From the NCBI GenBank assembly GCA_043808425.1, contig JAZDEW010000064.1, positions 11,772-75,771 of the forward strand: a stretch of DNA of 64,000 nucleotides, written 5' to 3'. The DNA comes from Candidatus Omnitrophota bacterium (GTDB lineage: Bacteria > Omnitrophota > Gorgyraeia > Gygaellales > Profunditerraquicolaceae). A model generated the notes under the pieces. The model did no database searches and was not told where the DNA came from. It saw only the letters and a list, made by a program, of their open reading frames with translations. This document shows positions 9,308-18,567 of the stretch, one piece after another; the stretch's first letter is position 1, and the number at the start of each line of letters is the position of its first letter. A program made the translations under genes and the position numbers.

Positions 9308-12085
9308 TTACTTCCCCCCTATTGCCTTGAGGCAATGATCACAAATCAAAGGATGCGCCTGATTCTTTCCCACCTCTAATGAATAATTCCAGCAGCGCAG
9401 ACATTTGATGCCCTGCGCCTTCTCTACCTCAACCGAAAGATCAACAGAATTACTTTTATCCAAAGTGACCTTAACCTGTGAAACTTTAAAAATCTCACCC
9501 AGCTCCATACTACAGCTTTGTAAGAATGTATAACGATCTTGAGTTTTTGTCAATATATTTATTTGCGCGTCAAAAGAGCTGCCAATTACCCCGTTCGTAC
9601 GCATCTGTTCTAAAGCCTTGGCAGAGATGGTAATTAAATCTATCAGTGGCTGGAGCAATCCCCCGACAGCCCGCTCCGGTTCAGTTAACGCATAAAGCTC
9701 GGGCCAGCGCAAAAAGTGCACACTGGAAAAACCAGCATCCTTATCCTCTTTAGGCATATTCTGCCAAATCTCCTCCGCGGTAAAAACTAATATCGGAGAG
9801 ATAATCCTTACTAAGCATCTAAGCACTTCATATAATACCGTCTGCGCCGCTCTTCGCGGAAGCGAAGAGGCTAAAAAAGTATACAACCGGCCTTTAACCA
9901 TATCCAAATAATACATGGAAAGATCTTCATTACAAAAATCATAAATTGCTTTATAGGCTTTGTGAAACTCAAAATCATTATAAGCTTTATCCACTACAAG
10001 GCACAATGAATTTAGGCAGCCAAGTATCCAAATATCAATTTTTCTAAAATCCTGATGATCCGTCTTATGGGTATTCGGATCAAAATCGTATAAATTACTG
10101 AGAATAAAACGAACGGAATTTCTAATTTTACGATAGGCCTCAGAAAGTCGCGTTAGAATTACCGGTGAAATCCGTATATCTTCATTATAATCGCTAGAAG
10201 CCACCCACATTCTTAAAATATCAGCGCCATAAACCTTAATAATTTCAAAAGGGGAAATCACGTTACCGCTTGATTTAGACATTTTACGGCCCGCTCCATC
10301 AACTACAAAACCGTGCGTGAGTACATTTTTAAAAGGCGCCTTACCCTCAATACACACCGAGGAGATAAGCGAAGATTGAAACCATCCACGATGCTGATCT
10401 GAGCCTTCCAGATAAAGGCTAGCCGGAAACTCTAACTCTTCCCTAGCTTTTAACACTGCCTGGCTACTGACTCCGGAATCAAACCAGACATCTAAAATAT
10501 CTGAGCCCTTAGAAAAATTCTTTCCCTTACAATGCGGACAACTTAGATCCGGGCCAAAGAAAGCTTCTATCGGCTGCTGAAACCAGCAATCTGTTCCACT
10601 CTTAGCCGTTAAGACGGCAAAATTCCTAATTACCTGAGTAGATAAAAATTCTTCCTGACAATCATTGCAGATTAAAGCCGGAATAGGTACGCCCCAGTAG
10701 CGCTGGCGCGAAAGGCACCAATCCGGGCGCAAAGAAACCATCGCGGCAATTCTTTCCTGGCCTGCAGGCGGAATCCATTTAACCTCTTGGCGAATTATCG
10801 AAAGCAATTTATTTTTTAAAGCATTATGTTCCATGTTCAAAAACCACTGCTTGGTTGCCCTAAAAATTACCGGGGCCTTGCAACGCCAGCAATGCGGATA
10901 TGCATGCACAATATTAGAATTAAAAAGCAGGTCCCCGGTTTTTTCTAATTGTTCAAGAATGGGCTGCTGGGCGTCATAAACATGCAGCCCCTGGAATTGG
11001 CCGGCCGTAGAATCAAAAACTCCCCGGGAATTTACAGGCATGATTATATTTAATTTATATTTAATTCCAGTAAAATAATCTTCATTGCCATGGCCCGGAG
11101 CAGTGTGCACTAAACCCGTACCTTCCAGGCCGGAAACATAATTAGCTAACACGACCTGTCCCTCCCTGGATGCAAAAGGATGCGTATAGAGCACCCCCTC
11201 CAAATCCTTTCCTTTGAGCTCTTTAATCAGCGTGTATTTAGTCAGGCCACTATTGGTTATAAAACTGGACAACAAATCTTTGGCCACAATCAAATTTCCT
11301 TTATCCGTATTAATATAGAGGTAAACAAAATCCGGATGTACAGCCACCGCGACGTTAGCCAACAGCGTCCAAGGAGTAGTCGTCCAAATAACTAAAAAAC
11401 TTTCCGGGCCAAAATCTTCCGTCGGCTTAATTCTAAATCTTACATAGATGGATAGCGAGCTGCGCTCTTGGTGCTCTACCTCTGCTTCTGCCAAGGCTGT
11501 CTCGCACTTAAAACACCAATTCACCGGCTTTAACCCATGATATAAATAGCCTTGCTCATTAAGCTTAGCCAAAGCATTAAGAATGCTTTCTTCGTAATCA
11601 TGGCTTAAAGTAAGATAGGGATTCTCCCAATCCGCAAAGATACCCAACCGCTTAAACTGCTCCTTCTGCGTTGTAACATATTTATGAGCATAAACAAACG
11701 CCTTCTGACGAAAATCCAGCTGCGAAATTTTAGACTTATGGGTTTTCAATTCCTTAAAAAGCTGGTGCTCAATAGGCAGGCCATGGCAATCCCATCCAGG
11801 AACATAGGCAGAAGAATAGCCACGCAGGGTTTTATATTTGATAATAATATCTTTTAAAATTTTATTCAAAGCATGGCCAATATGAATATCGCCATTAGCG
11901 TAAGGCGGGCCGTCATGCAAAATATACTTCTGTTTACCGGAAGAATTAATATTTATATGTTTATAAATATCCAAGGTTGTCCAGTTCTGCAAAAAAAGCG
12001 GCTCGCGAACAGGCAGATCAGCCTTCATCGGAAAATCTGTTTTTGGTAAATTCAAGGTATGTTTATATCCAGAATTATTTGACAT
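9308..12085 (-). CDS. ileS: Isoleucine--tRNA ligase (type 1)
   Basis: DGPPYANG..HIGH, KMSKS, C-terminal CxxC..CxxC. Confidence 0.98.
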   Translation of the reverse strand: MSNNSGYKHTLNLPKTDFPMKADLPVREPLFLQNWTTLDIYKHININSSGKQKYILHDGPPYANGDIHIGHALNKILKDIIIKYKTLRGYSSAYVPGWDCHGLPIEHQLFKELKTHKSKISQLDFRQKAFVYAHKYVTTQKEQFKRLGIFADWENPYLTLSHDYEESILNALAKLNEQGYLYHGLKPVNWCFKCETALAEAEVEHQERSSLSIYVRFRIKPTEDFGPESFLVIWTTTPWTLLANVAVAVHPDFVYLYINTDKGNLIVAKDLLSSFITNSGLTKYTLIKELKGKDLEGVLYTHPFASREGQVVLANYVSGLEGTGLVHTAPGHGNEDYFTGIKYKLNIIMPVNSRGVFDSTAGQFQGLHVYDAQQPILEQLEKTGDLLFNSNIVHAYPHCWRCKAPVIFRATKQWFLNMEHNALKNKLLSIIRQEVKWIPPAGQERIAAMVSLRPDWCLSRQRYWGVPIPALICNDCQEEFLSTQVIRNFAVLTAKSGTDCWFQQPIEAFFGPDLSCPHCKGKNFSKGSDILDVWFDSGVSSQAVLKAREELEFPASLYLEGSDQHRGWFQSSLISSVCIEGKAPFKNVLTHGFVVDGAGRKMSKSSGNVISPFEIIKVYGADILRMWVASSDYNEDIRISPVILTRLSEAYRKIRNSVRFILSNLYDFDPNTHKTDHQDFRKIDIWILGCLNSLCLVVDKAYNDFEFHKAYKAIYDFCNEDLSMYYLDMVKGRLYTFLASSLPRRAAQTVLYEVLRCLVRIISPILVFTAEEIWQNMPKEDKDAGFSSVHFLRWPELYALTEPERAVGGLLQPLIDLITISAKALEQMRTNGVIGSSFDAQINILTKTQDRYTFLQSCSMELGEIFKVSQVKVTLDKSNSVDLSVEVEKAQGIKCLRCWNYSLEVGKNQAHPLICDHCLKAIGGK

Positions 12086-12935
12086 ACTTACCTATGATTA
12101 TATTCAGCTTTTGCTTAACTTTTAAGGGAATTAATTTACGATCCGTAACAATGGCAAATTTTAAAGCCTGTCCACAACTGCATTCGCGCTTAGAACTTAA
12201 ATCTTTAATTACTTTACAGATAATTTTCTTAGCTTGCTCAATATTTTTCTGCAGATTACTTATCACCATTTCTAAGGTTACGCTGGCATGGGCCGGATGC
12301 CAGCAATCATAATCGGTAATACAGGCAAGCGTGGAATAGCAAATCTCAGCTTCCCGGCAAAGCTTGGCCTCCGCCAGATTGGTCATGCCAATAACATCCA
12401 TGCCCCAGCTACGATAAAGCTTGCTCTCCGCTAACGTAGAAAACTGCGGGCCTTCCATATTAATATAAGTTCCGGTTTTATGCATACTCAAGTTCAAAGC
12501 TTTACCAGCGGTGTATATACCGGCGCTAAGCTGCGGACATACCGGATGGCTAAAAACAATATGGCTAACAATTCCCCGGTCAAAAAAACTCATATCCCGG
12601 CCGTAATTTGTGCGATCCACGAATTGATCCACCACCACAAAATCCAGCGGCTTTAATTCCTCCCTTAAGCTCCCGCAGGCAGTGACCGAAATAATTCTTT
12701 CTACCCCTAATTTTTTCATGGCAAAAATATTAGCGCGATAATTTATTCCACTAGGTGAGATACGATGGCCTACCCCATGGCGCGGTAAAAAAACTACCTC
12801 TTTGCCCGCTAATTTTCCTATGGTAAATTTATCTGAGGGCTCTCCAAAAGGAGTCTTGACCTTTAGTTGTTTAGTAATTTTCAAGCCTTCGATTTTATAT
12901 AAACCGCTTCCGCCGATAATGCCGATACCTGACAT
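12075..12935 (-). CDS. mtnP: S-methyl-5'-thioadenosine phosphorylase
   Basis: GIIGGSG, PRHG, EGPQFST.AES, GMT, TDYDCW. Start chosen at ATG 12935 after AGGAG. Confidence 0.93.
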   Translation of the reverse strand: MSGIGIIGGSGLYKIEGLKITKQLKVKTPFGEPSDKFTIGKLAGKEVVFLPRHGVGHRISPSGINYRANIFAMKKLGVERIISVTACGSLREELKPLDFVVVDQFVDRTNYGRDMSFFDRGIVSHIVFSHPVCPQLSAGIYTAGKALNLSMHKTGTYINMEGPQFSTLAESKLYRSWGMDVIGMTNLAEAKLCREAEICYSTLACITDYDCWHPAHASVTLEMVISNLQKNIEQAKKIICKVIKDLSSKRECSCGQALKFAIVTDRKLIPLKVKQKLNIIIGKYVK

Positions 12936-12937
12936 AT

Positions 12938-13774
12938 CTACTCCTTTTTTAATAACTCCTGAGCGCACTGCTTAGCCGCTAGCGCCGCCTCAGGCCAGGA
13001 ACCTCCGTTAATTATAACCTTAAGCGCCGCCTCCGTTGTCCCTCCGGAAGAAGTAATCATCTTGCGCAACTGAGCGGGTGAATTACCCGTTTGTTTGACT
13101 AGATGAATAGTAGAAACAGTTGTACTCGCAGCTAGCTCTAACGCGATTTTTACCTCAATTCCAACCTTAAGCGCCGCCTCATTTAAACGATTAATCCACT
13201 CTTTTTTAGATTTTATAGAAATTTTCAGAGGATCTAACTTTTTAATTTCCATATCATAAAGAATATACGCCGGCCCGCTACCGGAAATAGCCGTAACAGA
13301 ATCAATCTTATCTTCTTTTAACTCCCAAACCTTTCCCAAGATTTTAAATAATTTTTTCGCCAACAACAAATCTTTTTCTTTAGCATGCTTACCTTTGCAT
13401 ATGCTTGTTTCGCCTTCGGCTATTTTTACCGCGATATTCGGCATAGCCCTTACGACCTTAACTTTTCCTAAAACCTTCTGTATGTAGCCCGTAGTAATAC
13501 CCGCGGCAATACTAATAATCAATTTATCCTGAATAAAATTTTTAATTTCCTTAAGCAACAAATCAAAATCCTGCGGCTTAACGGCTAAAATAACAACTTC
13601 AGATTGCCCGACTAATTCCCTGAGATTATGAACCACGGTTATATTTTCTAAATCAATTGTTTTTATTTTATCAAAAACGTAAACCGCGTATTTAAACCTA
13701 ATGCGTTCGCCAATTGCAGAACCCATATTGCCGAATCCGATAATTCCAATCTTTTTCCTTGGAAAATTAAACAT
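12938..13774 (-). CDS. proC: Pyrroline-5-carboxylate reductase
   Basis: GFGNMG, LAVKPQ, RAMPN, SGSGPAY, SSGGTT. Confidence 0.93.
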   Translation of the reverse strand: MFNFPRKKIGIIGFGNMGSAIGERIRFKYAVYVFDKIKTIDLENITVVHNLRELVGQSEVVILAVKPQDFDLLLKEIKNFIQDKLIISIAAGITTGYIQKVLGKVKVVRAMPNIAVKIAEGETSICKGKHAKEKDLLLAKKLFKILGKVWELKEDKIDSVTAISGSGPAYILYDMEIKKLDPLKISIKSKKEWINRLNEAALKVGIEVKIALELAASTTVSTIHLVKQTGNSPAQLRKMITSSGGTTEAALKVIINGGSWPEAALAAKQCAQELLKKE

Positions 13775-13794
13775 TATTTTATCCCGTTTGCCCC

Positions 13795-14532
13795 TTAAAT
13801 AAATGAAGCATGATCAGGCCTGTTTTGAAATAACGGGCGGGAAAATATTGCCCTGCCCAACCTGATAATATCCGCGCCCTCTTCAATCGCGACCTCAAAA
13901 TCATCAGACATTCCCATCGAAAGCAACCAACCAGGATTTAACTGATCACGCAACTGCCTAAGTCTAGAAAAATACGGCCGGGCTTCACTAGCATTATCCA
14001 CCAACGGAGCAATGGTCATTAGCCCTTTAATTCTTACATTAGAGAATTTTATAATTTCTCTACAAACCTGTGCCAACGCTTCCGGCTTAAGTCCAAACTT
14101 CCTTACCTCCAAAGATGTCTTGACCTCTAGAAGAATGTCCTGAATTTTATTTATTTTAAAAGCCTGTTGATTAATTTGGCACGCCAAGCTAACACTATCA
14201 ACAGAATGAATTAAATCGAATATTTTTAAAGCGTCTTTTACTTTATTTGACTGCAAGTGCCCGACCATATGCCATTTTATAGTCGATGGTCGATGGCCGA
14301 TGGTCGAGGAGAGCTGAGGGCTGATGGCTGATGGCTGACTATATTTCAAAAAGGCTTCCTGCACCCTATTTTCGCCAATATGGTTAATCCCCAAACTAGC
14401 TACTTCTTGTACCTCTTGAACACTCCTGCCTTTAGTCACACAGACGATCGTAATTTTGCCCGGATCAATTTTAGTCCTGGCGCAAGCTTCAAACACGCGC
14501 TGATGGACTTTTTCAATGTTCTCTTTAATCAT
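13795..14532 (-). CDS. yggS: YggS/PLPBP pyridoxal-phosphate homeostasis protein
   Basis: VTK, GENRVQE, HMVGHLQSNK, GLMT, LSMGMSDDF; carries an in-frame repeat insert. Confidence 0.96.
   Translation of the reverse strand: MIKENIEKVHQRVFEACARTKIDPGKITIVCVTKGRSVQEVQEVASLGINHIGENRVQEAFLKYSQPSAISPQLSSTIGHRPSTIKWHMVGHLQSNKVKDALKIFDLIHSVDSVSLACQINQQAFKINKIQDILLEVKTSLEVRKFGLKPEALAQVCREIIKFSNVRIKGLMTIAPLVDNASEARPYFSRLRQLRDQLNPGWLLSMGMSDDFEVAIEEGADIIRLGRAIFSRPLFQNRPDHASFI
14282..14340. repeat. Heptamer tandem repeat inside yggS
   Basis: GTCGATG GTCGATG GCCGATG GTCGAGG aga GCTGAGG GCTGATG GCTGATG GCTGACT; encodes SQPSAISPQLSSTIGHRPST. Confidence 0.85.
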
Positions 14533-14662
14533 AGCTTAAGCCGATACGTTATACACAATAACCCAAGAGGGTCAATTAAAAGAAGCTTCGCCGGCAGATC
14601 TGACGGCTTTCGCGGCGCCTGGCGGAAGACAAAAACCCAGCCTAATATTATGACAAAAAAAA

Positions 14663-15919
14663 TTAAAAATATTCCTGATAAACTTCTTTAAAACGATTAA
14701 TTGTTTTAATTAACAGATTTTTGGCAGGCTTAACTAAAGCTAAATTTCCCACAGTTTTATTTTCAAGATCCTCACAAATCATCCCCAGGCAGGTTAAATA
14801 AGTCAGATACTTCTGTCCGGATAAATCACTATTCTCTTTGGCTAAAGAAGCTATCTGGGGATGATTAATCCGTCCGATAACTACCGGCACCCCGATCACG
14901 CTCTCCATCATCTCAATAAATCCCTCAGTCAATAAAGTCTTGCCCACCATAATGAAATGACTGATTTCATGAAGCGCAACTTTTGGCTCCACCGCTTCCT
15001 TAATCTGCGTACAAATTAAACGGCTAGCATTAGTAACCATAACCGCTACATCACGTTGTTTTATTGGTTTATAAAATTCATTTTTCCTAACTAAAATTTC
15101 TTTATCCTCCTGGATATGGCTAATATCCCCGATGATCCCGTGAGTACGCTTAATATCTTCGGCCAACTCAAAATTAATTTTTAAGCCTCCCGAGAGTTGC
15201 TGCGTCATACTATTACCACCTAGAGGCAGAATTTGAATACTCTGCAAAAGGCCATCTTTAAAAATCAGCAGTTCCGTTACATCGCTGCCACAATCGCAAA
15301 ATACGCTTACACCACGTTTTTCTTCTATGCCAAATACCGCCCTGCTCGTGGCCAGTCCCGAAAAAGAAAGGCTCCCAATCTCATATCCAGCCTGGCTAAT
15401 CACCCGGCTTAAACTCTGCAAAGGTGCCAATCTAGCGCAGACTAAATATAAATCTACTTCTAATCTATGGCTATATAAGCCGATAGGATTAATCACATTA
15501 TTCTTAGAATCAATAGAATAGCTCGAAGGAATTACATGAATTATTTCATCCTCTAAACTAGAGCCAAGGATACGCGCCTGTTCATTAGCCGTAGCGATAT
15601 CCGTGGAAGTAATCACCTTATTACCACGCTCGGCAAGAGGGATAATCGCATGGCTGTGTTTAGTTGAAATATCCTTACCTGAAAAATTAATATGGATCGA
15701 CTTAATTTTTAATCCAGATTTAATTTTTAAGCTCTTAAGAATTTTAGTCAAGCAGATAACCAGCTCAGTGGCATCCACAATCACCCCTTCTTTAACCCCG
15801 CAAGATAAAAAACAATCAAAGAAGATACTGCTTATTTTATTTTTTCTTACCAAAGCCAGTGCCGCGGATATTTTATTCGAACCTATGTCTACGGCGCAAA
15901 TATAACTATTATTTAGCAT
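14663..15919 (-). CDS. ftsA: Cell division protein FtsA (divergent)
   Basis: VDIGSNKI, GVKEGVIVD, NPIGL, PLGG..MT..L, AEDIK, C-terminal amphipathic helix; follows ftsQ. Confidence 0.9.
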   Translation of the reverse strand: MLNNSYICAVDIGSNKISAALALVRKNKISSIFFDCFLSCGVKEGVIVDATELVICLTKILKSLKIKSGLKIKSIHINFSGKDISTKHSHAIIPLAERGNKVITSTDIATANEQARILGSSLEDEIIHVIPSSYSIDSKNNVINPIGLYSHRLEVDLYLVCARLAPLQSLSRVISQAGYEIGSLSFSGLATSRAVFGIEEKRGVSVFCDCGSDVTELLIFKDGLLQSIQILPLGGNSMTQQLSGGLKINFELAEDIKRTHGIIGDISHIQEDKEILVRKNEFYKPIKQRDVAVMVTNASRLICTQIKEAVEPKVALHEISHFIMVGKTLLTEGFIEMMESVIGVPVVIGRINHPQIASLAKENSDLSGQKYLTYLTCLGMICEDLENKTVGNLALVKPAKNLLIKTINRFKEVYQEYF

Positions 15920-16697
15920 TGTTCAATTTGATTAACGGTTCCTTAAACCTAAGGTCAATATACTTAATATTGGCCCATTCCTCGCGCTCCTGAATCACCA
16001 GGCCCCCTAGAATCATCATCTTTTGCCTAATATTATATGCTCCGGTGCGCACTTCAAAACCTAACCACTCTGCGCCAGGAACAGCTAAAGTATAATTGGC
16101 AATTTGCCTGGGCAAGAACATAAAAAATCCAGCGCTTCCTAGATCAGCCACATCAATCTTTTTTAGGGTAAACCCACCAAAAGCTTTATTTGCCTTAAAC
16201 TCATTAATAATACTTAAAGCTAAATCTAACTCTAAGCGCTTATAACTCATTCCCGGCTTAGGCGCAAATATCTTGGTTTCTAAGCCATAAATTATCGGTA
16301 ATTCTAGATTCTCAGTCGTAGTGTCCGGATGAAATAACACTCCCTGCTCATCGATGGCAAAATTCTTATAGAACTTTACCAGAGCCAACGGCCTGCGTTT
16401 TAAAAAATCTACCACTATGGAGCTAGGCAAAATCCGAGCAAACCTAACCTTACGACAATCCGGACATCTTAACGTCGCCCTCGCGGCCTCATTATTTAAA
16501 TTTAAAGTGAATATATTTCTACCTTTTAAATATTCAAATTGATCATCAGAATTCCTAACGATGACCTGTTTAACGGCAAAAAAATCCGCAGTAATTAATA
16601 CTTTCCAAATATATCCTATAATAAAAGAGATGGCAAGTAAAATTATCAACAAGATACTAATAATTTTTGCGGGTAAATTAAATTTTTTTTTCCTCAC
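15909..16697 (-). CDS. ftsQ: Cell division protein FtsQ/DivIB
   Basis: N-terminal TM, POTRA-like region, IDEQGV, YIDLRF; between ddl and ftsA. Confidence 0.85.
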   Translation of the reverse strand: MRKKKFNLPAKIISILLIILLAISFIIGYIWKVLITADFFAVKQVIVRNSDDQFEYLKGRNIFTLNLNNEAARATLRCPDCRKVRFARILPSSIVVDFLKRRPLALVKFYKNFAIDEQGVLFHPDTTTENLELPIIYGLETKIFAPKPGMSYKRLELDLALSIINEFKANKAFGGFTLKKIDVADLGSAGFFMFLPRQIANYTLAVPGAEWLGFEVRTGAYNIRQKMMILGGLVIQEREEWANIKYIDLRFKEPLIKLNNAK

Positions 16698-17695
16698 CCG
16701 GCCCCTCCTTCCTTGATCTCGTTAACCAGCCCCTTGAAAGGGGCCGACGCATATGCTAATTCCAACAATTTAAGACAAAGCCGGCTAAAATCAATACCCG
16801 CAATTTTAGCCGCTTTGGGCAAAAGGCTAGTGGCGGTCATCCCGGGTATAGTATTAACCTCTAAAATACACACCGAGCCATCCTTAGCTAAAATAATATC
16901 CACCCGCGAACAGCCATAGCAACCCAAAAATTTATGTGCCCGCAAAGCTGCCTTTTGGACCTCTAAAGTCACCCTTGGGCCTAAAACAGCAGGAACAATA
17001 TACTGCGTTGAGCCCGTTTGATATTTAGCCGTAAAATCAAAAAATTTATGCTTAGGGATAATTTCAATTACCGGTAAAGCTTGCTCATCCAAAATGCCAA
17101 CGGTGAGCTCCCTTCCCGATACATACTCCTGTAAAATTATATGCTCATCAAATTGAAAAGCCAGATCAATGGCCGCCGGTAATTCTTGCCCGCGCTCTAC
17201 GAGCGATAACCCGATACTCGATCCTTGATTGGCCGGTTTAACCACCAGAGGAAAACCAAGCTGATTTTTAAAAGCTGGGCCTTTTCCAAAAGCATAGCTC
17301 TTCTGATAAATTGACTTCTTGATAAACTGAGATTTCGGTACACATAATCCGGCTTGCGAAAATATTTCTAATGAACCAATCTTATCCATCGCCAGCTGGC
17401 TGGCCCTAACCCCGGAGGCAGTAAAGGGGAGATTTAATCTATCTAAAATCCCCTGAATCACGCCATCTTCACCATAACGGCCATGCAAAGCGATAAACGC
17501 GCAATCTAAATTATACTTTTTAAGTAAGCTGGAATTCTCCTGCAAATTATCCATAGCGATATCAATCGCTACTACCTCCAGGCCGGCCTCCTTAAGCGCA
17601 GAAAAAACAGCCTGTCCGCTTTTTAAAGAAATCTCCCTTTCCGAAGAAGGCCCGCCCATTAAAACGCCGACTCTACCAAAATCTTTTATTTCCAT
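16694..17695 (-). CDS. ddl: D-alanine--D-alanine ligase
   Basis: GGPSSEREISL, LHGRYGEDG, GSSIG, LEVNTIPGMT. Confidence 0.97.
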   Translation of the reverse strand: MEIKDFGRVGVLMGGPSSEREISLKSGQAVFSALKEAGLEVVAIDIAMDNLQENSSLLKKYNLDCAFIALHGRYGEDGVIQGILDRLNLPFTASGVRASQLAMDKIGSLEIFSQAGLCVPKSQFIKKSIYQKSYAFGKGPAFKNQLGFPLVVKPANQGSSIGLSLVERGQELPAAIDLAFQFDEHIILQEYVSGRELTVGILDEQALPVIEIIPKHKFFDFTAKYQTGSTQYIVPAVLGPRVTLEVQKAALRAHKFLGCYGCSRVDIILAKDGSVCILEVNTIPGMTATSLLPKAAKIAGIDFSRLCLKLLELAYASAPFKGLVNEIKEGGAG

Positions 17696-18567
17696 ATTTT
17701 TATCTCAGGCTCTAAGTTAATTTTAAATTTTTCCCATACTTTTTTTTGCATCAAATCCATGAGCGATAAAACATCCTTGCTCTTGGCCTTCGCGGTATTC
17801 AAAATAAAATTCGCGTGCCGCTTAGAGATCACTGCCCCCCCCTTGGCCTTACCCTTTAATCCGCAGGCATCAACCAATCTACCGGCAGAGCCCAAAGAAG
17901 GATTCTTAAAAATACACCCGGCACTGAGCAAGTTATGGCCATAAGATTGCTTACGCCGCGAGAGATATTCGTTTATCTTTGTTAAAATTACTTTCTTTGG
18001 CGCAGCATGCAGCTTAAGCTTAGCCCAGATAATAATATATTTATTTAAATTGGATTTTCGATAAGCAAACTTCAGCTGCTGGCTGGTCAGCAGTTTTAGC
18101 TTTCCACTATAATCTAGGACACCTACCTGCTTTACCAATTCTCCTATAGAGCTACCCCAGGCGCCGGCATTGCCCATCAATGAACCACCCAATGTCCCGG
18201 GGATACCCACCAGAAACTCCGAACCACTTAAATTGTTCTTCTTTGAAAATGAAATAAATTCATTTAATTTTAAACCGCTCCAGGCCACTACACAACTACC
18301 CTGACAAGAACATTTTCTAAAATCCCGGCTGCTTAATCTAATCACCAGCCCATCTAAACCTTTATCACTAACCAGGATATTGCTGCCCGCTCCCAGGATA
18401 AAAACATCCAGGCCATTATGCCTAGCAATCACTAACGCCTCTTGTAGTGCTTTAAGATTCTGCGGTTCAAAAAAATATTTTGCCCGGCCCCCAATCCTAA
18501 AACTCGTAAAACTTGCCAAATTAATTTTGGTTTTTATTGCCTTATTTAAGTGCCCGGACCAATGCAT
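17686..18567 (-). CDS. murB: UDP-N-acetylmuramate dehydrogenase
   Basis: IGG.A, GAGSNILV, GIPGTLGG..MGNAGA, SAGCIFKNP, HANFI, LEPE. Confidence 0.96.
   Translation of the reverse strand: MHWSGHLNKAIKTKINLASFTSFRIGGRAKYFFEPQNLKALQEALVIARHNGLDVFILGAGSNILVSDKGLDGLVIRLSSRDFRKCSCQGSCVVAWSGLKLNEFISFSKKNNLSGSEFLVGIPGTLGGSLMGNAGAWGSSIGELVKQVGVLDYSGKLKLLTSQQLKFAYRKSNLNKYIIIWAKLKLHAAPKKVILTKINEYLSRRKQSYGHNLLSAGCIFKNPSLGSAGRLVDACGLKGKAKGGAVISKRHANFILNTAKAKSKDVLSLMDLMQKKVWEKFKINLEPEIKIWK

Noticed and set aside
14380-14691. 103 aa plus-strand ORF as a possible ftsZ replacement or remnant
   Set aside because: Antisense, overlaps yggS and ftsA, and has no FtsZ-like motif.
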